From the NCBI RefSeq assembly GCF_050872065.1, contig NZ_JBNMGD010000012.1:1-32000 (forward strand): a DNA stretch of 32,000 nucleotides. The letters are read 5' to 3'. Shown in pieces: positions 14,957-23,652 of the stretch. This DNA comes from Methanobrevibacter sp. GTDB lineage: Archaea; Methanobacteriota; Methanobacteria; Methanobacteriales; Methanobacteriaceae. The position numbers were made by a program, and so were the translations under genes. Position 1 is the first letter of the stretch. Each line of letters opens with the position of its first letter. A model generated the notes under the pieces. That model ran no database searches, was not told where the DNA came from, and saw only the letters and a list, made by a program, of their open reading frames with translations.

Positions 14957-14993
14957 GTTTAAAACGAATATTACCTCAAGTAATATTTAAAAC
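14957..14993 (+). repeat. CRISPR-type repeat R6 (degenerate, 33/37)
   Basis: GTTTAAAACGAATATTACCTCAAGTAATATTTAAAAC. There are four substitutions: two in the loop, one turning a stem G-C pair into G-T, and one in the 3' tail. Confidence 0.75.
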
Positions 14994-15354
14994 TGAAAGA
15001 TTAATGAGAATACAGCAAACCCTAAAAGTTGATAATAGCATATTTATATGGTTGAGTTATTACCTACCCATTCTTCAGAAATCATAAAATTATATAACTC
15101 TTTAATTTTTTCGCTTATGAACTGATTATCCTCCTCAAAAACCTGAATCAAAACAGGGACGCCATACACTTTTCAGTTTGAATAAAATTACCAGTTTCAT
15201 TACTTAAAAAAATATATAGAATATATTATTCTCATTTAAAATTTCAAAAAATAAAGTTTGAGGAACTCTACCCCACGCCTTTAATTAAATAATTTACTTT
15301 TGCGAATTTTAATAATGTTTTTCCATTCTTTTTTTATATTCAATAACCCTTTCA

Positions 15355-16624
15355 ATGGTTTCTATTTCTTTATATAATATAATAGACACCCTATTCGTAG
15401 CAGGGATCAGTGCAAATGCATTAACAGCAATTGGAATATTTCCTCCAGTTTATATACTGATTGTATCAATCGGACAAGGTTTAATTACAGGAATGATAAG
15501 CATAATGTCCAATTACATAGGAGCAAATGAAAAAGAAAAAGCAAATAACGTCTTTTGGCATGGGATTTTAATATCCCTTATAATTTCAATAATCTGTTTT
15601 GTATTTGCATTTTTTGGTCTTAAAGAACTATTAATTATCATGGGAGCAGAATCTGTAATAGATCTTACTATGGATTATGCTCAAACAGTATTTGCAGGAA
15701 GTATTATAATAATTTTAAATACTGTAACAATTTCATCTTTAAGAGCAGAAGGAGATATGAAAAAAGCATCAAATATTACCATTTTTGGATTTGTTTTGAA
15801 TATAATTCTTGATTACTTCTTAATATATTTCCTTAATTTTGGAATTTGGGGAGCTGGTGCTGCAACAATACTATCCACATTAATTGGAACAATTGTTGTT
15901 ATATACTGGCTATTTGTTAAGAAAGATACATACCTACAAACTAAATGGTCTCATTTTAAATTTAATATGAAATATATAAAAAATATACTATCTTTAAGTA
16001 TTCCAGCTACTTTAGAAGGGTTTGTAATGAGTTTTCTATTTATATTTGTTAATATGATTTAATAGTAGCTGGTGGAGACATCCATGTTGCAGCATTTACA
16101 GGATCTTAGAAAATACTGTCCTTAGGAATGATACCTGCAATAGGAGTTGAAGCAGCTATTTTAACTATTTCCGAATATTATTTTGGAGCTGAAAATTATA
16201 AGAGAATTAAAAGCATATATAAATATTCAATTATATTTTCCACAACCATCTCAATCATAATAGCTATTATCCTATTTATTTTTGCAAACCAAATTTCATA
16301 CTTATTCACATTATTAAATGGAGATAAATCATTAGGTTACTTAATAGCAAATATCATAAGATTATTTGGAATTTATATAATATTTGTTCCACTTGGTCTT
16401 TCATCAACCGCAATGTTTCAATCAGCACAAAAAGGATTTACTTCATTATCTTTAGTTATTTTAAGAGATCTTTTATTATCAACAATTTTTGCGTATATAT
16501 TGGGAATTCTATTAAACTTCGGAGTTTATGGAATTTATGTAGGAATCATACTTGGATGATTGTATCTTCCATATTTAGTTATTTCTACTTTAATTGGTAT
16601 TTAGATAAACTTAAAAATAATTAA
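15355..16624 (+). pseudogene. MATE-family efflux transporter, disrupted
   Basis: MATE-like TM pattern (YNIIDTLFVAG...ALTAIG...). About 25 N-terminal residues are missing. There are in-frame stops at 16060 and about 16107. The reading frame changes between 15355-16062 and 16128-16559, and again near 16556. Confidence 0.65.
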
Positions 16625-16641
16625 ACACTAGATTTAATATT

Positions 16642-17100
16642 ATGAAACCACAGTTTAATAAAGAGATGTTAAATAATAATTCATTAGATTCTTTAATATC
16701 TATAATCGATAGAAGCTTTAAAATCGCTTGTTTAGATAAATTTGATGAATTAGATTTAACTTTTCATAATTATATGACTTTAGAATTTATATATAATCAT
16801 GAAAATGTAATTCAAAAAGATTTAGCTAGGCTATTCCATAGAAATCAAAGTACAATAACCAGATCTATTGATAAATTGGAAAATAAAGGATTTGTTGAAA
16901 GAATTCATGATGATAATAATAAAAAAAATAATATTATCATATTAACTACTAAAGGCCAAAAAGCTGTAGAGGAAATAAATAGTTTTAAAAAAGACTTGGA
17001 AAAGAATTTAGTTTATAATTTCACAGAAAATGAAAGAGAAATATTCAAGAAACTATTAAATAGGTTAATTCATAATTTTAATAGTTATATTTTCAAATAA
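16642..17100 (+). CDS. MarR-family transcriptional regulator
   Basis: Winged-helix core QKDLARLFHRNQSTITRSIDKLENKGFVERIHD...ILTTKG. Confidence 0.8.
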   Translation: MKPQFNKEMLNNNSLDSLISIIDRSFKIACLDKFDELDLTFHNYMTLEFIYNHENVIQKDLARLFHRNQSTITRSIDKLENKGFVERIHDDNNKKNNIIILTTKGQKAVEEINSFKKDLEKNLVYNFTENEREIFKKLLNRLIHNFNSYIFK

Positions 17101-17859
17101 TCCCACAATTTATATTTTCTAAAATTTTATTATAATAACAGTACTAAAAAAATATTTATTTTATATGTATTAGTGGATTTTCTTCTTGTTTTTCATGTGA
17201 CTGTTTAGCTAGTAATTTTAACCATGCATTATCAATTTCAATAAGCAAGTAATTTCAACATCTAAATAATCTTACTTCTGTTGTTGAATATCACTAAAGC
17301 ATATGATTAAAACTAGAATTAAGTATTATATAAAAAGAAAAGTAGATAATTATTTCATCTAGTGTTTTTTTGGAAACATTTCTTCAGATATTTCTTGTCT
17401 TCGTTACTCATTCCAATAGCTTCTGCGATTTTTAGAACACAAAAATCTATCATTCATACATATTAACTTCGCTGATAAACTCCCCATCTTGGTATCAATA
17501 TTTACAATAGTCATGGCTTTTAGATAATCATTTTTCAGTTCAAAATCATTACCACTCATTGACCTTGTACCTAATTGAGAAAATTTCATATTTTCAAAAT
17601 TCATAATAAAACCACTTGTTGTACACAAGCCATATATAACTTTTCACTAATCATTTACCAACTTAAAAAAAAACATCTAATTATTCACCCTTTTTTAAAA
17701 TGTTTTGAATATAACATTTAAAACAAAAATTAGCTTGTAAACAGGAACATAACAATCATAGACAGATGAGTTTGAGTTTATGTAAAAACTAAAATTTGAT
17801 TAACATATTTATATTTTGAAATCAAAAATTAACATATTATAATTATTGGATGTTTTATT

Positions 17860-19251
17860 ATGAAAGTGACTTTAGTTAATCCACCACAAACTGCATCTAA
17901 ATATAAATTCATGGGTGTTATTGCACCACCTTTAGGTATTGGTTATATAGCCGCAGTTTTGCGAGATAATGGAATTGATGTTAATATTCTTGATGCTTCT
18001 GCAGAGGATATGGATTTTAATGAATTTTCAGAAGAAATCAAAAACAGAAGTCCTGACATCATTTCAATATCTGCACTTACACCAACAATAAATAAGGCTT
18101 TAGAAACAGCTAAAATAGCAAAAGAAGTGCTCCCTAATTCAATTATTGTAATGGGAGGATATCATCCAACTTTTGATTTTGAAGAAACATTGAAAAATGA
18201 CTTTGTTGATATTGTTATTCGTGGCGAGGGAGAATATGTTCTTCGTGATTTAGTTAAAACTATTGAAAATAAAGGTGATTTAAGGGAAGTTAGAGGAATT
18301 GTCTTTAAAGAGGATGGCAACATTGTTTTAAATCCAGATGCTGATTTAATTTATGATTTGGATGCTCTTCCATTCCCAGCTTTTGATTTAATGCCTATGG
18401 ATAAATATAAACTTTTAGATATGGACACTCACATGGCAACTATGATTACAACAAGAGGATGTCCTATGAAATGCTCCTTCTGTTCTTCTGCTGCAATGCA
18501 TGGTAGAAAAATGAGACAACGTAGTGTTGATAATATTTTATCTGAAATTGATTTTTTACGTGAAAAATATGATATTAATACTATTGCATTCATGGATGAT
18601 ACATTCACATTAAAAAAATCAAGATTAATGGAATTTTGTGATAAACTTAAGCAAAAAGATTATGAGATTATGTGGGGCTGTACTGCTCGTGTTGATACTT
18701 TAGATGAAGAAGTACTTAAAAACATGAAGGAATCTGGATGTATTACTGTCTTTATGGGTGTAGAATCTGTAGATCAAAACCAGCTTGATTCAATGGATAA
18801 AGGAATTACAGTTCCAAAAATTGAAAATGCATTTAAAATGTCAAGAAAATTAGGAATTAGAACAATAGCTTCTGTTGCCTTAGGCATGCCTGGTGACACT
18901 AAAAAGATTATGAATAAAACAATTAAATTTGTCCATAAACTTAAACCGAATTATGCTATTTACAGTTTATCTACACCATATCCTGGAACAAGATTTTATA
19001 AAGAATCCTTTGAGAAAAATTTAATTAAAGTAAAAGATTGGTCTAAATACACATTAATTAGCCCAATTTTAGAGACCGCAGACTGTTCCCTAAAAGATTT
19101 AAGGAAAATGCAAACTAAAGCATTTATAAAATTCTATCTAAGACCACAATATCTTTTAAGCCAATTCAGACAAGACGGAATGTATTTCATTAAAACAATA
19201 TTTGGCGTAATCAAAACAGCATTAACTAAAAATAATGACAAGAAAGCCTAA
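17860..19251 (+). CDS. B12-binding-domain radical SAM protein
   Basis: N-terminal Rossmann-like B12-binding region (ISISALTP...GGYHPT) and the CxxxCxxC cluster motif GCPMKCSFC. Confidence 0.85.
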   Translation: MKVTLVNPPQTASKYKFMGVIAPPLGIGYIAAVLRDNGIDVNILDASAEDMDFNEFSEEIKNRSPDIISISALTPTINKALETAKIAKEVLPNSIIVMGGYHPTFDFEETLKNDFVDIVIRGEGEYVLRDLVKTIENKGDLREVRGIVFKEDGNIVLNPDADLIYDLDALPFPAFDLMPMDKYKLLDMDTHMATMITTRGCPMKCSFCSSAAMHGRKMRQRSVDNILSEIDFLREKYDINTIAFMDDTFTLKKSRLMEFCDKLKQKDYEIMWGCTARVDTLDEEVLKNMKESGCITVFMGVESVDQNQLDSMDKGITVPKIENAFKMSRKLGIRTIASVALGMPGDTKKIMNKTIKFVHKLKPNYAIYSLSTPYPGTRFYKESFEKNLIKVKDWSKYTLISPILETADCSLKDLRKMQTKAFIKFYLRPQYLLSQFRQDGMYFIKTIFGVIKTALTKNNDKKA

Positions 19252-19264
19252 AAAAATAATATGA

Positions 19265-19444
19265 ATATTAAACGGTGAAAATATACGGGAATGTCCTAAA
19301 TATGGAAAAATAAATGATGATTTTAAAGACAGATGTGGTTGTGGAGTGTGGACATGTCCTACCTGCGGAAATGTGAATGAATATCCTGAAGGAAGAGGTG
19401 AATGGTGCGACTTTGATGTAAATGTAAATTACGGTATGTTCTAA
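19265..19444 (+). CDS. Zinc-ribbon small protein, start codon unresolved
   Basis: ECPKYG...CGCGVWTCPTCGN carries two CxxC-type pairs. The frame is open from 19265 but has no in-frame ATG, GTG or TTG before the first Cys pair. ATG 19261 is one base out of frame. The opposite-strand track ORF (19268-19480) looks like a shadow. Confidence 0.35.
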   Translation: MLNGENIRECPKYGKINDDFKDRCGCGVWTCPTCGNVNEYPEGRGEWCDFDVNVNYGMF

Positions 19445-19612
19445 TGAATAAATTTCCATTGAGAATAGGAAATTTACCAATGATTTCTAAAATCAATGAA
19501 AAACCATTATACATTAAAATATTATCAATTTCTAATTTTTAAACAACACTCTTTAAAAGACTGTATACTGATTGAATGCTTTAACTCAAATGGCAAGAAA
19601 TCCAAAGAAAAA

Positions 19613-20122
19613 TTACAAGCTAATTAAAATTGATTTAGAATCAGTTGGTGTTATATAAGCTTCTGCCTCAATAATAGTTTTTAGTTTAGAAAATGAAATA
19701 TCAAAACCTTTCTGATTTAATTTTTTCGTCAGAAGTTTCAAATCTTCATATTCTGCTTTCAATGAAATTAACTTCTCATTATCATTAAATAAATACTTAA
19801 TTTTAACAGTAGATTCTAGAGAATAATTATTAATATTTATTAAAACCTGTTTCTCAATCAATTCATATGGAAACTTTTTATGCTCATGTTTAAATATTTT
19901 CATACCAATTGTGCCAAATTCTAAAGCTAAAAGACTTGAAATGTCATCAAAGTATTTTTCCTCAAAATCAACAAGTACAATATATTCCATTCGTCCTTTT
20001 TTAGTAAGAGCATTAATTACATGGACATTTTTAGCTCCAGTATCAATTATTTTATCTATAATATAAGGAATGCCTTCAGGAGATAAATCATCAATTGTAG
20101 TCATTATTAACATGATTTTCAC
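19613..20122 (-). CDS. LarC/DUF111-family C-terminal-domain-like protein
   Basis: MTTIDDLSPEGIPYIIDKIIDTGAKNVHVINALTKKGRMEYIVLV resembles the t-N-i-DD-x-s-p-E...GA-x-D-v...KK-x-R conserved block of LarC. Only 169 aa. Confidence 0.5.
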   Translation of the reverse strand: MKIMLIMTTIDDLSPEGIPYIIDKIIDTGAKNVHVINALTKKGRMEYIVLVDFEEKYFDDISSLLALEFGTIGMKIFKHEHKKFPYELIEKQVLININNYSLESTVKIKYLFNDNEKLISLKAEYEDLKLLTKKLNQKGFDISFSKLKTIIEAEAYITPTDSKSILISL

Positions 20123-20189
20123 CTAAAAATAAAAAAAATAAGAGAAATTATTTAAATAATTCAAACTTATTTAATTTTTAAATGTTTCA

Positions 20190-21974
20190 CTATAAATCTT
20201 TCATTATAGCAGCAGCACGTTTTGCAACATCTTGAGCTCTTTCCATTCCTCCAGGAATAGAAGAAGTTACATAAGCTCCACGAACTGCTTCTTTTGCAAT
20301 AGCTTTAATATCTCCATCAGCATATCCCATTGCACCTGCAACTGCTGCAGGAACAATTACATTAATAATAGTGTGTCCACATAATTGTAATTCAGTAATA
20401 GGGACTGCTGCAAGAGGCATAACTTCTAAAATTTCAGAATTTTTATTTACTACAGCATCAGGCAATACTTTATTAGCAAATTCTTCAAATACTATTTTTT
20501 CACCATCAATAGTAACTTCTACATCTGCTCTAGTATCAAAACCAGCATAATTATCTAAGAATGGATTTTCCTTCCTACGTGATCTTCCGGAATAATTAGT
20601 AATATTAATTTGAATATCTTTTTCCATCATCTCACTAAATAATCCAGAAGCTGCAGTTTGAACATTATTAAGTTTTTCATCATCAAGTGCTTTAGTAATT
20701 TCTCTAAGAGTCATGCCCTCATTAAGTTTTTCATATGTAAATTCAGCAATTCTAAGAGTTTCAGCACTTAATGTACCTTCAGTTGCTAATATCATAGCTT
20801 TTGTAACTGGTCCTCTCATAACTTGTTCAGATTTACGAGCAATAGTATTAGTAGCTATTTTAGCTATTGTTGGTTCAAGATAGAAATTAGATTTTACATT
20901 ATTAATAGCTTCAGCTGCTTTATCAACATCTCCATTGCTTGCAAGTAAAACTTTAAGTGAAAGTATTGCATCAGCAGTCATATGACCTAAAGGTGGTTGT
21001 AATGGACCTCCAGAAAAACCTGCACCAATATCCAATGATTCTTCAAATGCAGAAAGCATTTCTTCAAATGCCATCATACCAACTACACTTGGACCACCAA
21101 TATCTTTCATAATTACTCCAAAGTCACCTACAACTGTAGCTGTGTCATATTCTTCTCCAGTTCCCCTAATATGTAATTTTTCAGGCAATCCTGCTGCTTC
21201 ACAAGCACCTAAACCTGCTACATATGCACTGTTAGCTACGAAAAATTCACCATATTCCTCTGAAACTTCAGAATCTGGATGAACAATTTCTAAAATTGCT
21301 GCTACACCAAAAATAGCTGCAATTATTGGACATGGGGGCATACCTACATTAGAATATGCAGTTAACATTCCTTTTGTACCTGCATATGCTCCTTTACGAG
21401 CAAGTTCTGAAAAACCAATATCTTCTCCTAATGCATTATGTCCATATAATGGACCTCCTCCAACACCTAATGGAAGTATAGCTCCTTCAATAGGTGTTAA
21501 ATTATTATTGAATATTTCATCATAAACCGCCCTTACAGCAGCATAACCTGAGATTCTATTATTTGCTTTTGGAGTAGGAATAGCAAGTACACCACAGCGA
21601 TCTACACCTGCAATCATTCTTGCCATAGCTCCTAATTTCCTGTTTCCTGCTGGAACACCAGCTTGTGCATTAGTTCCTGCAAAATAACATAATGCTGCGC
21701 TTAATAAAGCTGCATTTGCTGCATCTGCACCACATTCTTCTGCTGCTTCAATCGCTTTTCTCAAGATATCATCAATAGGAAGTGTACCGACATTTTCGTC
21801 AGTTAACATTATATTAGTTCCCCTCAATACATCTTCTGCAATTGAGTTTGCAGAACAAATAGCTGCAAGATTTAACATACCATGTCCTTTTGTTAAAGCT
21901 TCTAATCTGTCACTAGACATATTATCTATATTTAATGTAGAAGCCATCATTGCTGCAATAATCTCTTTTTCCAT
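20190..21974 (-). CDS. Conserved hypothetical soluble protein (594 aa), Ala/Gly-rich
   Basis: Long uninterrupted ORF with markedly higher G+C than its neighbours. AGGTGA RBS, then ATG 21974 (the track start at 21983 is the GTG inside the RBS). No family recognised by eye. Confidence 0.8.
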   Translation of the reverse strand: MEKEIIAAMMASTLNIDNMSSDRLEALTKGHGMLNLAAICSANSIAEDVLRGTNIMLTDENVGTLPIDDILRKAIEAAEECGADAANAALLSAALCYFAGTNAQAGVPAGNRKLGAMARMIAGVDRCGVLAIPTPKANNRISGYAAVRAVYDEIFNNNLTPIEGAILPLGVGGGPLYGHNALGEDIGFSELARKGAYAGTKGMLTAYSNVGMPPCPIIAAIFGVAAILEIVHPDSEVSEEYGEFFVANSAYVAGLGACEAAGLPEKLHIRGTGEEYDTATVVGDFGVIMKDIGGPSVVGMMAFEEMLSAFEESLDIGAGFSGGPLQPPLGHMTADAILSLKVLLASNGDVDKAAEAINNVKSNFYLEPTIAKIATNTIARKSEQVMRGPVTKAMILATEGTLSAETLRIAEFTYEKLNEGMTLREITKALDDEKLNNVQTAASGLFSEMMEKDIQINITNYSGRSRRKENPFLDNYAGFDTRADVEVTIDGEKIVFEEFANKVLPDAVVNKNSEILEVMPLAAVPITELQLCGHTIINVIVPAAVAGAMGYADGDIKAIAKEAVRGAYVTSSIPGGMERAQDVAKRAAAIMKDL

Positions 21975-22523
21975 ACATATCACCTTTTTAATTAAGTTTT
22001 AAGCCTAAATTAATAATATACCACCATTATATCATTATTAATACTATAAACTTTAATATAAATAAATATTATTAAAATAAATACTCACATTATATTATCT
22101 CTTTGACTAATAAATTTTTAACCTATTCCTACTTCTTTTTGGAGGTTCAAAAATTATTTGATGAAATTCAATGGGATTCTACAAATTATGAAAATAAAAT
22201 TTCTGTTGAGGATATTCAATTATTTTTAGATGAATATGCCAAGGAAATTTGAATCCAACAATTACTTTCATGTGATAATAAAGTTGAATATACTTATCAC
22301 TCAGATAAAAATAACTATTTAAAATTATAAAAACCAACTAGTGGAAACTGAATCCTTTACGCTTACATCTAGTACAATACATTTCCCACCACATGATTTA
22401 AAAATGTGTCTTTTAGAAAATATACATATAAAAATAGAAAAAAATTAGAAAAAAGCTTTAAAAAGCCCTTTTCTATTGATTATTAAATTTCACAACTTTT
22501 CATGTAAATTAAAAGAATTTGTT

Positions 22524-23300
22524 TTATACTTTAGAATAAATTAAACCCATAGCACGAGCATTAAACATTAATAAATAAGGCATGAGAATAAGTGCTGCAA
22601 TAATAAATCCAACAAGTGGAATTAATATTGATATAATAGATGAAATTAGTAAAATTATGAAATCTATTATCATTAACACAATAATATAAGCTAACATGTT
22701 TAAAAATCCAATTTTTTTAGTTTCACTAATAATTGTACCTACAGAACATGCTTCTTTTAAATTACCAGTTTTACCTAATTTTCCAAAAGCAACTATACTA
22801 ACTAATGAAAATATAATAACTAAAATAACTGATACTACAACAGTGAAGAATATAGATCCCGCGAAAATAATAGCAACATTATCCCCAATATTATTTAAAT
22901 CTGTATTAGTTAAAATTGTGACAAGATAATCAAAACCACCAGTTAAAAAAATAAGAGCAATAATTAGTATTATAGGAATTATATAATAAACAATTTCTAC
23001 AATAAAGGATTTAATCCCAAGTACAAAATCATCTTTAAAATTAATAGCTGGAATTTCATCTTTTTGTGTTATACCAACACCAATAATATCTATAATATGA
23101 CCTTGAATAACAAAATCAACTACCAAAGTAATAATAAGAGAAATTAATGCTAAAATAGCCATAGCATTATCATTTGTAGATGAAGTTCCTAAAAAAGTGA
23201 AAATTCCACAAACCATAACTAAAATACCTAAAATTAAAAGTTTTTTAAAATCTAATGTCGGGTATTTTAAAGAATCTTTAAAAATTTCAATAAAATTCAA
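22524..23300 (-). CDS. Polytopic membrane protein (DUF4013-like)
   Basis: TTG start after GGAGGA. The N-terminus FKDSLKYPTLDFKKLLILGIL plus 5-6 hydrophobic spans resembles archaeal DUF4013 proteins (from memory). Confidence 0.6.
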   Translation of the reverse strand: MNFIEIFKDSLKYPTLDFKKLLILGILVMVCGIFTFLGTSSTNDNAMAILALISLIITLVVDFVIQGHIIDIIGVGITQKDEIPAINFKDDFVLGIKSFIVEIVYYIIPIILIIALIFLTGGFDYLVTILTNTDLNNIGDNVAIIFAGSIFFTVVVSVILVIIFSLVSIVAFGKLGKTGNLKEACSVGTIISETKKIGFLNMLAYIIVLMIIDFIILLISSIISILIPLVGFIIAALILMPYLLMFNARAMGLIYSKV

Positions 23301-23652
23301 TTTATCATCCTCCGTTTAATATAACTTATTTTTATTAATTATTTGATATAAATATTACCATTAAAGCAATGAAAACCTTTAAAAATGCCGCACCTTTGAA
23401 AAAATAGATGTAAGTTATTATGTTATGTTTATTTTTTGAAAATAAGAGTAATAAATAGAATTAATATCATACTAAATCTACTGAGCACATTTATGTTTAA
23501 TTCTTTTATTTCTTTAAAATACTCTTCATTTAAATATAAATTTAGAATTATTTTATTAACTAAAGTATTATTTTCATTTTTAACAAATTTAATATATTTG
23601 TTATGACTAATTTTTATATGAGCATTTAATAAAAAAGTGAGGATAAATTATT

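Larger units (their letters stand above)
2901..14993 (+). CRISPR. Atypical or disrupted CRISPR locus: six dispersed copies of one 37-nt repeat separated by 146-9033 bp gene-containing intervals
   Basis: Consensus is GTTTAAAACGAATATTATCTTAAGTAATATTCAGAAC. Perfect copies lie at 2901(+), 4047(+), 4230(-) and 13300(-); degenerate copies lie at 13759(+) and 14957(+). The locus is adjacent to cas2-cas1 and the leader, and degeneracy increases away from the leader as in real arrays. No canonical 30-45 bp spacer exists anywhere. Confidence 0.5.

Noticed and set aside
15175-15215. A weak resemblance to the repeat (GTTTGAATAAAATTACCAGTTTCATTACTTAA)
   Set aside because: Only short A/T-rich words are shared, with no stem-loop and no conserved ends.
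17404-17628. A 74-aa ORF on the minus strand in the 17.1-17.86 kb intergenic region
   Set aside because: There is no RBS, no recognisable domain, and the composition is non-protein-like. It may be a gene remnant, but that cannot be supported from the sequence alone.
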